The notes under the pieces: generated by a model
What the model was told of the DNA's origin: nothing
The model's database searches: none
Seen by the model: the letters and a program-made list of their open reading frames with translations, nothing else
Part shown: one piece after another, positions 11,791 to 24,407 of the stretch
How positions within the stretch are numbered: the first letter of the stretch is position 1
How the letters are laid out: every line of letters begins with the position of its first letter
Assembly: GCA_951406725.2 (NCBI GenBank)
Contig: OX597820.1
Location: forward strand, 22,630,001-22,694,000
Direction: 5' to 3'
DNA length: 64,000 nt
Source of the DNA: Octopus vulgaris
Lineage: Eukaryota
Position numbers and translations under genes: made by a program

Positions 11791-12176
11791 AATAGAGGAT
11801 TTCCTTTCCTGTCTCTTAGACATATATTTCAAGTGAAAAAAATGAACAGTAAATATCACCAGCTGCTCTTCTAATTGAAGTGAACACATTCACAAAGCTA
11901 AACATCAGCTGGCTGACCAGGAATCCTACAATTAAAACACACAGATGCTAGAATAGACATTAATTCCAAAAACCCCGTCAGAAAGAAAGAAAAAAAAAAA
12001 TCAATAGATCTGACTTTTCTTTCATGGCAGATGTTAAATTGAATTTTCCACAGAATGCAACGTATCCAATGTAGCAAACATCACAAGAAGAAGAATATTG
12101 TAATAATGTTTCTAATTTTAGCAGAAGGTCAGCAATTTCAATTAAAATGACCCATTTTAATAAATAGGTATATGTA

Positions 12177-12765
12177 AGGCAGTGAGCTGGCAGAATTGTC
12201 ATAGGCATAGGAGTGGCTGTGTGGTAAGTAGCTTGCTTACCAACCACATGGTTCCGGGTTTAGTCCCACTGCATGGCACCTTGGGTTAGTGCCTTCTACT
12301 ATAGCTTTGGGTTGACCAAAGCCTTGTGAGTGGATTTGGTAGACGGAAACTGAAAGAAGCCCATCGTATATATATATATGTATGTGTGTGTGTATATCTT
12401 TATGTGTCTGTGTTTGTCACCCCAACATTGCTTGACAACCAATGCTGGTGTGTTTACATCCCCATAACTTAGCGGTTCAGCAAAAGAGACCGATAGAATA
12501 AGTACTAGGCTTACAAAGAATAAATCCTAGGGACTAAAGGTGGTGCTCCAGCATGGCCACAGTCAAATGACTGAAACACATAAAAGAATACCAGGTAAAA
12601 TGTTTAGAGGCATTTTGGTGACCTTTATATTCTGAGTTCAAATCTACCAAGGCTAACATTGCCTTTCATCCATTTGGGGTCAATAAAATGAGTACCACTG
12701 GGGTTGATGTGATTGACTTACCCCACCCCTAAATATTGCCAGTTCCATGCCAAAATTTGAAACCA
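12177..12765 (+). mobile_element. MetaSINE-like element split by a nested SINE A
   Basis: Head AAGGCAGTGAGCTGGCAGAATTGT at about 12177-12200 resumes at about 12590 (ACCAGGTAAAATG...GCCTTTCATCC...AAATTTGAAACC). Confidence 0.8.
12205..12589 (+). mobile_element. Full-length SINE family A
   Basis: tRNA-like head GGAGTGGCTGTGTGGTAAG...GGTTTAGTCCC, CORE-like TGGCACCTTGGG, internal (TA)(TG) repeat and conserved tail. Confidence 0.88.
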
Positions 12766-13051
12766 ATATATAGGTGTGTGTGTGTGTGTGTTTGCATGAA
12801 TTGGTGTCTCCTTGTCTTGAAATCTAATGATTGTTGTAAACAAGAGTCACTGTCACGCAAGTGGTATCCTTCATTTCCAAATTTTCGTGAAAATACATCC
12901 AACTATGAGGAAATAATACTTTACCTTGAAACAGGTGAGGCTTGGTGACAGGAAAGGCATCAGGCCACAGAAAATCTGTCTCACCAAATTCCATCAGATA
13001 AATACCAGATATATTTTTCTTTGAAATTCATAACTCATTAGGAAGCATTAC

Positions 13052-13439
13052 ACTCTTTTACTGTTTTACTTGTTTCAGTCACTTGACTGCGGCCATGCTG
13101 GAGCACCACCTTTAGTTGAGAAAATCAGCCCCGGGACTTATTCTTTGTAAGCCTAGTACTTATTCTATCGGTTTCTTTTGCTGAACTGCTAAATTACGGG
13201 GACGTAAACACACCAGCATTGGTTGTCAAGCGATGTTGAGGGAACAAACACAGACACACATATATACATATACACGACAGGCTTCTTTTCAGTTTCCGTC
13301 TACCAAATCCACTCACAAGGCTTTGGTTGGCCAGAGGCTATAGTAGAAGACACTTGACCAAGGTGCCACGCGGTGGGACTGAACCCGGAACCATGTGGTT
13401 AGTAAGCAAGCTACTTACCACACAGCCACTCCTGCGCCT
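13052..13439 (-). mobile_element. Full-length SINE family A
   Basis: Reverse-complement copy of the family consensus. Confidence 0.88.
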
Positions 13440-13659
13440 TGAGTAGCAACTGTTATTTCCTATTTGATTACCTCTAAAAAGTATGGAAATAGCTACTTCC
13501 TTCAAACTTTGCTTTTGTTACATTTTTGAAACCCCAAAAGAATGAAAGGCAAAGTTGGCCTCAGCCAAATTTGAACCAAGAACATGCAGAGAGACAACAT
13601 GCCGCTAAGCATTTTGCCTGCTGTGCTTACAATTCTGCAAGTTTGCCACCTTTATAATA

Positions 13660-14960
13660 TGCTATGATGCTCCACTACTCTTGCTCGGTATTTTGGCAAA
13701 AGATATACATATTGTTGCCATCATGTATCATATACCTGCTGCACATTGATAACACTACAATGGAAGTCTTCCCAATTGAGCATGCGTCCTCCAGCTGCCT
13801 TACCACTCCCACCCAACCAGCTCTTGATTTTGTCCATCCATTTCATTTTTTTTTCCAGCTTCCTGATCTATCACTCTCTACTCTTCCATGATGATGCTTT
13901 TCAAACCTCTGCTTCTTTGAATATTGCCATAATAGATGAGCTTTTGTTTTTCACAATTTTCAAGAGTTGCCATCTTTCACCTCCTTGCTGTAACACCCAC
14001 TCATCTGTCCAAAGGTACTCATAAGAGACTTGTAACATTCTCCTATACGCTAACACATCAAATGCGTTATGTTCTCTTTTACTCGTTTCAGTCATTTGAC
14101 TGTGGCCGTGCTGGAGCACCGCCTTTATCCAAGCAAATCAACCCCAGGACTTATTCTTTGTTAGTCTAGTACTTATTCTATCGGTTTCTTTTGCTGAAGC
14201 ATTAAGTTACGGGGACGTAAACACACCAGCATCAGTTGTCAAGTGATGTTGGGGGGACAAACACAGACACACAAACATACATATATATATATACGACGGG
14301 CTTCTTTCAGTTTCCGTCTACCAAATTCACTCACAAGGCTTTGCTATAGTAGAAGACACTTGCCCAAGGTGTCACGCAGTGGGACTGAACCCGGAACCAT
14401 GTGGTTGTTAAGCAAGCTACTTACCACACAGCCACTCCTGCACCTAAAATTTGTTCAGAGTCCTTGCTTCACAACCACGAGTATCTACTGGCCAAATGAG
14501 CACTCACACCAGACTTGTTTTTAACTTAGTTGGGACATTTTTGCTACTCCAGATGTTATAAAGCTTTTCCATGAGTGTTCTTGCCATGGCTAGCCATGTC
14601 CCAATTTCTTTCTTACATGTGGCTTCATCAGAAATTTGGGCTTCAGAATACTTGAACGATTTCAACCTGTCTGAGCCTCTCACTATCCAGTTTGATGTCA
14701 ACATTTACTTTCTCTTTTGTTTTTTTATGCTTGAGATAAAGGTCATGCATATTTAATACACACATATGACATATACGGAAAGATTGTTGCAAAGCAACTA
14801 ATAAATGCACAAAGTGGTAAATGGAACATAAGAACAATCCTTGATGTTGGCAAGCTACACCTAGTCACAAAATTCAACAAGATAAACTCAAAATCTATGG
14901 AATTGCAAAAACTAGATGGTGAGGCAGTGATCATTTCATAATTCTTGGGGAAACACACAC
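13660..14960 (-). pseudogene. Degraded RTE/BovB-like LINE 3' fragment interrupted by a SINE
   Basis: Peptide remnants FKYSEAQISDEATCKKEIGTWLAMART...LKTSLV and NAFDVLAYRRMLQVSY...DEWVLQQ resemble the RTE RT C-terminal region. Confidence 0.7.
14073..14444 (-). mobile_element. SINE family A nested in the old LINE
   Basis: Family consensus on the minus strand. Confidence 0.85.
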
Positions 14961-15019
14961 TGCCAACTGTTCAGTGCAAAACGAACAATAATAAAAAGGG
15001 GTTGTAATCATAGTGAATA

Positions 15020-15202
15020 TATGTGACCGCGTGTGTACTGTTGGCGATTTTTTTCCCTCTGTCTTCCCTTCTCCTATGTTTCCGACGAAGAGCTCCACTC
15101 GAAACGTTAAACTCTCCTTCTTTCCTGAGTGTCCAATAATACTATATTTGTTCCACGTCCTCCCATTGTTGTGTTTTTTTGTGCTTTCATGTTTGGATTA
15201 AC
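15020..15202 (+). mobile_element. Penelope-like pLTR remnant with a minimal hammerhead motif
   Basis: GTTT-CCGACGA-A-GAG-CTCCA-CTC-GAAACGTT-AAAC at 15078-15112; followed by (TA)n. Confidence 0.55.
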
Positions 15203-15233
<31 letters not shown>

Positions 15234-15489
15234 GTATAAGTACGAGTGAGTTGACAACTTTGTACATACAATCACTGAACTATTTAACAACTGAATTTCA
15301 TTTAACTTTCTGCTTTCATGTATACTGTTCATATTAGTCAGACTGATGTTCTCATCTTGATTGTTACTGTGATTTAACTGAAGCTAAACAGGTCAAGAGA
15401 TACAGAGAACAAAATGAGAGCAGCGTACACCTGTAGATCAAACAAAGGAATGGGTTTGACATTCTGATACAATGACTAAGTTCAACACA

Positions 15490-15560
15490 AGACACCTGAA
15501 GAAGGCTGGAGTGTACAACAGTTGAAACATAGTGAAAAGCAACACTCAAGAAGAGGACAC
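15490..15560 (+). mobile_element. Penelope-like/hammerhead remnant related to the 51.5-52.0 kb element
   Basis: AGACAC-CTGAAGA-A-GGCTG...CAGTT-GAAACATA-GTG aligns with 51903-51945. Confidence 0.55.
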
Positions 15561-15709
15561 CACTTTGACTAATATAAACAGTTTACATAATATATTCCTG
15601 ATCTCATGAATTTAGAATTGTATTTCTGCTTTCACTTGATGAAATATTGAAAATACGTGGATAAGGAAAATTTTCTCACCATGGATTTTTAAACATTTTT
15701 ATTGAATTT

Positions 15710-16052
15710 TTTTTACTTGTTTCAGTCATTTGACTGTGGTCATGCTGGAGCACCGCCTTTAGTCGAACACATTGACCCCAGGACTTATTCTTTGTAAACC
15801 TAGCACTTATTCTATCGTTCTCTTTTGCCGAACCGCTAAGTTACAGGGATGTAAACACACCACCATCGGTTGTCAAGCGATGTTGGGAGGACAAACAGAC
15901 TCACATACATACATACATATATACGACAGGCTTCTTTCAGTTTCCGTCTACCAGGCTATAGTAGAAGACACTTGCCCAAGGTGCCACGCAGTGGGACTGA
16001 ACCCGGAACCATGTGGTTGGTAAGCAAGCTACTTACCACACAGCCACTCTCC
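15710..16052 (-). mobile_element. SINE family A with internal deletion
   Basis: Family consensus on the minus strand. Confidence 0.85.
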
Positions 16053-16554
16053 TCTGAAATTTTTAGACTAAGTAGAACTAACAGTGAACTTAAATTGGAG
16101 AGAGATAGGGATAGAGAGAGAATGAAGATTAATTAACTGGTCCCAATGGCTACAAACACACCATTCTCTCTCTTTCTTTCTACTTTTTTTCTTTGTATAC
16201 GTGAAGTGGGGAGATGTGCTTGCAGCAATTGGAGTTGTTTAATACATTTTGATGTTTCTCTCATTTTCTTCCTTTCTCTCTCTCTCTTCTATATGTGTGT
16301 GTTTCTACAAGTACATGAATGTGTTTACCTCCAGTGCCAAAAGACACTCATCACCAAACATGTTCAATGTCCAGTCCAATTCCCAGTGTCCAGACAGCTG
16401 AACCCCATCATCTCATTCCGATTGTATGTACTTTGGGTTTCCTTTGCTCTTTCTTTACTTGACATCATTACTGCTTTCTGTCTCTTTGTTTACTCTTTTT
16501 CAACACATTGCATGGAGGGCACCTGGGCATTGCATAAGCTCAGTATTATCATTA

Positions 16555-16949
16555 CTAGCAGTATAGCCCAGCGTTGCTCGGGTTTGTTTTCTTTTCGACC
16601 CTTTAGAATTGGAATTTTTGAAAAGTAAAAATTTTGCATTATGTAGCTTGTTATTCTCTTTAAATGAACATTTTTCTGGTTGAAATACACCGAAAAATGG
16701 TGACATAGTAAAAAAATTGTAAAAAATATGGATTTTCATAGAAAAAAAGCACCGTTTTGATGTAAATAATTTTTCATCTTAATATGGTCCGATTTGAATT
16801 TTTTCTTCTATGGAATGAAGAGCAAGCCTTCTTCTATCATACTTTCAATTTTGGTCAACTTGCACTGCAGGGTCTCAGAGAAGTTAGTGTTAGTTAAAGG
16901 CTGCCAAACCTGCCACACACAAAGACAACTTCAGCTTTATATATGAAGA
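16555..16949 (-). mobile_element. Non-autonomous Helitron
   Basis: Minus strand has 5' TC (A|TCTTCATATATAAAG), a subterminal hairpin CCCGAGC-AAC-GCTGGG and a 3' CTAG|T end; inserted between A and T. Confidence 0.8.
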
Positions 16950-17444
16950 TAAATAACTGTTCAACTTATTTAAGAAATTAAACAGTTCTAATGAAATAGT
17001 CTTTGTTAGTATGAATTCAAACAAAAACACTAAATTTATATTAAAAAAAAAACTGGATTTTTTTTTAAAGATAAATCTCTAAAAATTTCTTTTAAAATCT
17101 AAATATATAGAATTCCAAGTAAAATCTGTTTCTAGAACAAACAAATGCTCTCTTGGAAATAATGCTGCAAAATTAATTAGAAATTAAACTCAACATCATG
17201 TAATGTCCATTTTCTAGGCAGGCATGGCTTGGACGTTTTGAGAGGATCTGAAGAGTCCAAGGACAGCATCATGCTCTAGTGCTTGCATTGATAGGGTTTT
17301 CTAGAGCTGGTAATTATTCCTAATGCCAACCACTTTATAGCATGTACTGGGTGCTTGTTTGTGTCACTAACACTCATGAGGTTGCTGTACAGCTCACAAG
17401 TAATAAAAAAAAAAGGTAAAGTTACCTTCTTAAGTGATGCAGAC

Positions 17445-17645
17445 TCATAAAGGCTGGTTTCTATGGCGTATACACTCCCCACCTGGATGGGATACCTGTC
17501 TATTATAGGGATTACTCATTTTTGCCAGCTGAGTGGACTGGAGCAATGTGAAATGAAGCATTTTGCTCAAGAACACAAATCGTCCGGTCCAGGAATCGAA
17601 ACCACAAGTCCAACACCCTAACCACTAAGCCACACACCTCCACTT
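17445..17645 (-). mobile_element. tRNA-derived SINE family C
   Basis: Head GTGGCTTAGTGGTTAGG...GGTTTCGATTCC and core TGTGTTCTTGAGCAAAA...TGCTCCAGTCCACTCAGCTG. Related copies at about 29095-29325, 44483-44720 and 60105-60285. Confidence 0.75.
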
Positions 17646-17737
17646 CAGCTCACAACTCTAAGAACCTTGAGGGGAGTGGGGTGAGCTTTATGTTTGGAGA
17701 TTAGGAGCCAGAGCTGAACAGGTTTCTTCTTGTAGAG

Positions 17738-18337
17738 CAATAGTTCTCAACCAGGGTCCATATAAGATTTTGTTGCTAAAGTTTATGTACAATGAATAAG
17801 TTTTATTTCTACAGTACACAAAATATTTTATCTTTTACTTTTTTCAGTCATTAAACCACAACCATGCTGGAGCAGCACCTGGACAGATTTTAGTCAAACT
17901 AATCAGCTCCAGTACTTATTTTCTTTATAAGCCTGGTACTTATTCTATTGGTCTCTTTTGCTGAGCTGCTTAGTTATGGGGACTTACACCAGCATTCGGT
18001 TGTCAAGCAGTGGTGGGGGCAAATAGACACACGCTGGGCTTCTTTCAGCTTCCATATACCAAATCCATTTACAAGGCTTTGGGTTGGCCCAAGGCTATAG
18101 TAGAAGACACTTGCCCAAAGTGCCATGCAGTGGGAGACTGAACCTGGAATGATGTGACTGGGAAACAAACTTCTTACCACACAGCCATGCCTGTGGCTAT
18201 AATATTTTTTTCTTTTTATACAATTCCTAATATTTAATTATACGAATATAATAAGAAAACTGAATGCATGAGGGTCCACCTGAACAAAATAGGAATCAAA
18301 GGGGGTCCAGAGGCCAAAAATTGGTTGAGAGCCACTG
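17738..18337. mobile_element. hAT/Charlie-like MITE containing a nested SINE A (about 17830-18195)
   Basis: TIRs CAATAGTTCTCAACC / GGTTGAGAGCCACTG; degenerate 8-bp TSD TTGTAGAG / CTGTTGAG. Confidence 0.7.
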
Positions 18338-18511
18338 CTGTTGAGGAAATACAAGGCTACTCAACGTATTAAGGATTATACTCTGGGTATATCTTAGTGC
18401 TAGGAATTCTGATTGTTAAGGAATATTTCCGATATGAAGAAAAAATAAAATTTTTCTTTAGTGAAATTAAATATTGAGCTTGTTTATCAGTCATGTTTAT
18501 ATTCATTAAAA

Positions 18512-18850
18512 AGGGTAAAAACTTCCTTTGGTCATGAATAACCATGGGATTGCACCTAGAAAGTTACCCTCTGAGGCACAATCTGGGCAAGGTTGTTTGT
18601 AGAAGATCAGCAGTCATCCATGCATACCAGCCTCTCCTCTCCACACCACTGATGTTATCCTAGGGAAAGGCAAAGGCTGATACAGCTTGGCACTAGTGAC
18701 GTCGCAACTCATTTCTACAGGTGAGTGAACTGGAGCAACATAAAATAGAGTGTCTTGCTCAAGAACACAACACGCAGCCCCATCCGGGAATCAAACTCAT
18801 TACCTCGTGATTGTGAGCCTGACGCTCTAACCACTGAACCATAACACTTG
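18512..18850 (-). mobile_element. tRNA-derived SINE family C (long-tail variant)
   Basis: Colinear with 47845-48180 along its whole length; tRNA-like head at the right end. Confidence 0.8.
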
Positions 18851-18911
18851 CAAAATCAAGTTCCTGAAAGAGCATAATACAAAAATAACCAAAGAATTTT
18901 CTTATCCTGTT

Positions 18912-19295
18912 TTTTATTCTTTTACTTGTTTCAGTCATTTGACTGCGGCCATGCTGGAGCACCCCCTTTGGACGAACAAATCCTAACCCTAACCCAGGAC
19001 TTATTTTTTATAAGCCTAGTACTTACTCTCTTGGTCTCTTTTGCCGAACAGCAGTTACAGGGATGTAAACACACCGACATGGTTGTCAAGCAATGGTGAG
19101 GGACAAACACAAATGCATATATATATACATATATACAATGGGCTTCTTTCAGTTTCTCTCTACCAAATCTACTCACAAGGCTTTGGTCGGCCCGAGGCTA
19201 CAGTAGAAGACACTTACCCAAGGTGCCACACAATGGGACTGAACCCAGAACCATGTGGTTGGTAAGCAAGCTACTTACCACACAGCCATTCCTGC
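18912..19295 (-). mobile_element. SINE family A
   Basis: Family consensus on the minus strand. Confidence 0.85.
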
Positions 19296-19909
19296 AAAAA
19301 ATGGAAAAAAAATGAAGAATGGGGAAAATAAACTAATAATTAAAAAAAAATCAATCTAAAACTGTAAATGCTAAGAATCTAACAAGAATCCAATTACGTT
19401 GTTTTTCCTCTCTTCTTTTAATTGATGTTTAATTCTTTAGCATTTAAATCAGCCATATCCAGCTCAAAAATCTATCTGTTTATGTTCAAAGTGGCCAGAT
19501 TAGGCCTCTCATACCTGCCCTACAATGTCATTCTGAAGAGAAACAGTCTCACCGTCAGAATCTCGAAGCTTCAAGACAATGCCTGATTAATTCAAATCAA
19601 AGCGTTGCATTTCGCGGAGTAATCCTCACCAATTAACATCCTCCTTCCTTGCTGGCATGAGTGGGAAGGATTGACAGGAACTGGCCAGGCAGGAGCCTGT
19701 GCCATGCTTCTCTGTCTGTTTTGGCATGGTTTTTTACGGTTGGATGCCCTTCCTAACAATAATCCGGACCACCTAAGAGTTAACGAGCAAAACAGTGACT
19801 TGGTATTGGTGTAACATCGCCTGTATGCTGCTTAGGGCAAACTGATAACAAATGAGATGGAAAAAAAAAAACTGTTCATTAAGAGAATGGCATTAAAAAG
19901 AAGCAATGT

Positions 19910-19959
19910 TTTATTGGGAAACACCACAAAGTCTAGCAAAGGTCCGCGCATCATTTATT
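19910..19959 (-). promoter_or_regulatory. Candidate distal polyadenylation signals (AATAAA x2)
   Basis: Minus-strand AATAAA at 19959-19954 followed by GU-rich TTTGTGGTGTTT, and a second AATAAA at 19915-19910 followed by a U-rich tract. AATAAA is common in this AT-rich DNA. Confidence 0.3.
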
Positions 19960-22358
19960 ATTAAAATGCAGCAAATTTACATGGTTTAACAATTTTTGGG
20001 AATTTAAATTTTTTTTTGTTTGTTTTATAATAAGTCCAGACAAATGCTCTTTTTCTCATCACATTTGACTCCCATAAAACTGAGACTATCACTTTAAACA
20101 ATGGAGAACCAGGCTTCTGAGTACAAAACTTAAAATGTTGTGTAAGGAACACAGAATTTCATGTTCTTTTTTTTTTTATATTTATTTTGGAGGGTAGTGG
20201 TGGTGGTGGTCGTGGTTATTTTCATGTATGCCAGCACGTGAACGTGTATGTATGTCTGTATGTTTGTATGTGTGAGAAAGAGAGAGAGAGAGAGAAGAGA
20301 AAGAAGAGGTATGGGCAATGAGATTACCATGATTACCTCCCTTGTTTATGAGACGTAGCTTTCTTATAATAATTGGAATGAAAAATGTTTTAAAATGTTT
20401 TATGTAGCAAAGAAATGATTAAAAAAAAAAAGGATGAAAATAAATTAAAAAATAATGCATCTCGACAGAAAATAACTTGAAGAGTGTATTCCCTAACCAT
20501 GTCCTGAAAGAAAGAGAGAGTGAGAGAGAAAGAGAAAGAACGGTGGGGGTAGTTGCTATGCAGTTATTGCATTTGATTTTCTTATGGTTTGAAAATTATA
20601 TTAAATAAATAAATAAATAAAATAAATAAAATATGTTTTCTTGGGTTAAAAAAAAAAACAATAATAATCCTTATACGTCATGTAATTTTCACAAAGCATT
20701 TCTCAATTGCCAGGTGTGACCTGCAGCAAACCATGTAACTAATCCATTAAATAATTAAATTTATACATGGATTAATTAATTAATTAATAATAATAAAAAT
20801 TAAAAAAACAACCCCAGAATAAATGAAGTTCTAAAACTGTCACCCCCACCCACCCCACCCCAACTCTCTAGAATTGTTGTATAGTTGGTTTGGTTGTTGG
20901 AAATGATGCCTAAACGAGGCCATGAAATATGAAACTTGCAAAGGAATTATGTAACCAAGATATCCAAAAGGGAGGGGGGAATGAATCAATTTTAAGATTT
21001 ATAGTAAAGTGTCTGGAGAGAGAGAGAGAGAAACAACCCTTAAAGGATAAAACTTGTACTGAATCTGGTCCCTCCATCACTGCTCCTTAGAGGTTTTGAA
21101 AAGGAAAAAATTACTTGCTCAAATTAAATTTAGATTCATAGAAATTGCATTTTCCACACCCCTTTATTATTATTATTATTATTATCATTATATTTATTAT
21201 CAATTTTTCTTTTTTTTTTGTCATCTTCACTAGCAGCCAAGAGCTACAAATTGTTCTCAATACTATAACATACATTTCCCTTTCTTGAGTAAAACTACAA
21301 ACAAACATGATTCTTACTGTCTTTGAAGAACAAGTTACGGTTTACGGAGAGAGAGAGAGAAAGAGATAGATAGAGAAAGAGTACCAAAGATAAGAATTGA
21401 GATGAAAAAAAATCAATGAATGCTAGGAGGGAAAAAAAAACTAAAAAAAAAAAAATCTCAAGGAGTTCTCATCAAGTTGTAATGGATATGTCAGCAGTGT
21501 AGATAGATAGTTCTGGTAACGATATTGGTGCAGTGGGCCTTTTGAAAAACTCAACAGGAAAGACAAGAGTCAAAATTGCCAGCAATTATTTAATAGTTTT
21601 TTTTTTTTTGGAGTTTTTTTTTTTGTTTTGATTTTTTTTTGTTTTATAACAAGAAAGTCCCAAATAGAGAGAGAAACACTGAAATGAAAATGCCAGACAC
21701 AAATGTAGCAACATACAGAGGCTTGCATGCACAGACAGACAGAATTTTGTTTGTATTTTTTTTCTGTTTTTTTTTTTTTTCAAATTTCATCCTTATTTCC
21801 AGCAAAGTAAAACATACAAGTTCATTTTTCGAAGTTGGTTTTTTTTTGATTAAAACCCAAAGAAAAAAAAAAAAAAAAAAAAAACATGATAGGGAGAGAA
21901 GAGGACATGTAGAAAAAAAAAATCCAAACGGAAAACAAAGAAAAACAAATGAAACACTCACAAAAAACAGTGAGTACCAGTACTTAGTTATGTAAATGCT
22001 TATGTTTCTATGAATGCAATTATGTGTGCAAATGTGTGTTTACTTGTCTGTGTATGCACATGTTTGTTGGTGTGTGTGTGTGTGTATTACCTTATTTTTA
22101 TTTTTTCACCACCAGGGTCATTTCATTTGATAGATAGATATGTCAGGCTCAACGCAATGTAGGAGCTTTTGCTGAAATTGTTAAATGTAAATCAGTTCAG
22201 TATATAAAACCAACAAGGATCTTGAAAACAACTGGAATTCCATTAGCCCGGAATAGTGAGCAAGCATATATGTATGACAGGAGTGCATATGTATGTGTGT
22301 GTATGTGAGAGAGAGAGAGCAAGAGAGAAAGAAAAAGACAGTGTATGTAATTTAGAGA

Positions 22359-22411
<53 letters not shown>

Positions 22412-22783
22412 CACATGTGAGCTTTATGTCATAGAACATACTGCAACCATTAACATTTTAACAAGACTTATGTTAAGATCGCACAGTGTGTATAAGTATA
22501 TATATATATATGTATCTATTATATCTTTTTACTGATATCTGGTTTCAGAAAGCCATGTCAAACTTCAACAATAACAAGTCTAAGATTAAAGGACGTATCA
22601 ATCACTGATACAATTTGATCACATGAGTCAATTATTTATTTTCTGACAAATCATTAAAAAAGAAATTAAATTAACTTGAGAAGAAAAAGAAAAATACTCC
22701 CCCTCCCCAAAAAACTAATAAATTCTTTTGCCATGTAGGTACCTATAGGTTATGTGCCTACATGTGTATGTATATGTGTGTGT

Positions 22784-22826
<43 letters not shown>

Positions 22827-22852
22827 TAGAGTAGTTTGGTGAAGCATTGTGT

Positions 22853-23137
22853 GGGATTTATTGAGTAAAGCTAGAAAATATTAAAAGGTTCAAAGTAAAC
22901 TACAAAAGGAAAACAAAAAGTTGCAGTTATACCTTATATTTTGGGGCTATAACCCTTCTTCAGGACATTTGGAAATGCAAGGAAAGGAAAATATTTTCCA
23001 TCACTTGCTTTTCCAAATGTCCTGCAGAAGAGGTTATAGCCCCAAAATACAAGGTATAGCTGCAACTTTGTTTTGTTTTCCTTTTGTAGTTTACTTTAAA
23101 CCTCCTCACATTGTTCCAGCCTTACGCAACAAATCTC
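22853..23137. repeat. Long inverted repeat, possibly Penelope-derived
   Basis: Arms of about 135 bp centred on GGAAAATATTTTCC (22987-23000); each arm carries a CTGAAGAAGGGTTATAGCCCCAAAA-like motif. Confidence 0.85.
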
Positions 23138-23663
23138 TTTAACATAAATTAGTGTTTAGAATGTAGGTGTTCACACAAACTGCTCATTTACACATATAAC
23201 AAAAACAAAATATTTTTAAGATAAAATATGCTAACACACATTTGATAAAGTAGAAATTAACTAACAATACTTGCATCTAAATTAACAGAACATATTGGGT
23301 TTAATTAGAGAGGAACTGAATTTGTGATTTTTGTGATTCAAGCCAGTAATCTGCAATTTCTTGAAATAATACGGAGACAGGCATAGATAAAAAGTGACGT
23401 TCTGGAATCCTGTTCACATTTTCATTAGTAGAAATGATGAAATATTAAGAGTATTCTAAAGTAAAAACATTTAAAAAAAATAATAAAAAAAAAACAACAG
23501 AAGTACATCTAGTAAGTTGACCCTGGTAGGAAATAATTTTTTCAGACAAGAAATAAAAAAATTGTTAAAAGGAAAAATAACAAAAACAAAGAAATAACAG
23601 AAATTAACGTACTTACAGGTTTCATTTTGAAACTTATTTATTTTTCAAATGTAATAATAATAA

Positions 23664-23880
23664 TGGTTTCAGATTTTGGCACAAGGCCAGTAATTTTGGT
23701 GGAGGGGTAGGTCAAATTATGTCAACCCCAGTGCTTAACTGGTACTTATTTTATCGACCCCCAAAAGGATGAAAGGCAAAGTGAACCTCGGAGGAAATTG
23801 AACCCAGAATGTATTGATGAGCAAAATGCCACTAAGCATTTTGCCTGGCATGCTAACGATTCTGCCAGCTCGCCACCTTT
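23664..23880 (-). mobile_element. MetaSINE-like family B
   Basis: Full family consensus between AAT repeats. Confidence 0.85.
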
Positions 23881-24099
23881 AATGATAATAATGCAAGAAC
23901 AAGTTGTAACTAGGGGAACAGAGTTACTTAGCTAGTAAGAGACAGTCATCTACTTCTTGGTCAACTAATATCTCCTGTACTCTTCTGCCTTTATATTCAG
24001 TTTAAAGCTGGAAATCAGAAAGTGAAGCAAGAACCAAGAACATTGTGGGTATCTGTATACACATGCACAGGTATCTATGCTTATATATATATATATATA

Positions 24100-24337
24100 T
24101 TAGAAGAAATAAGGTACTCAGAAATCTGGATGGTTTTATATTTACAGATATTTATTAATATGTCACATGTTTTTATAAATCATGTATTAGCGCTTGCATC
24201 CACTCTAGTGGAGTCGTCAATCTGACAACTCTACTAGAGTGGATGCAAGCGCTAATATATTTATAAAAACATGTGACATTAATAAACATCTGTAAATATA
24301 AAACCATCCAGATTTCTGAGTACCTTATTTCTTCTAA
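24100..24337. repeat. Near-perfect palindrome in a (TA)n tract
   Basis: Arms of about 117 bp with a 3-nt loop (GTCA-ATC-TGAC); mirrored ORFs ILEEIRYSEIWMVLYLQ appear on both strands. Confidence 0.92.
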
Positions 24338-24366
24338 TATATAACACCTGTACATCATCTCCAAAC

Positions 24367-24407
<41 letters not shown>

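Noticed and set aside
16146-16628. 160-aa plus-strand ORF
   Set aside because: Low-complexity F/L/S content from CT/GT repeats, runs into a Helitron end, and has no recognisable homology.
18982-18994. Telomere-like CCTAACCCTAACC
   Set aside because: Only two units, inside a SINE copy.
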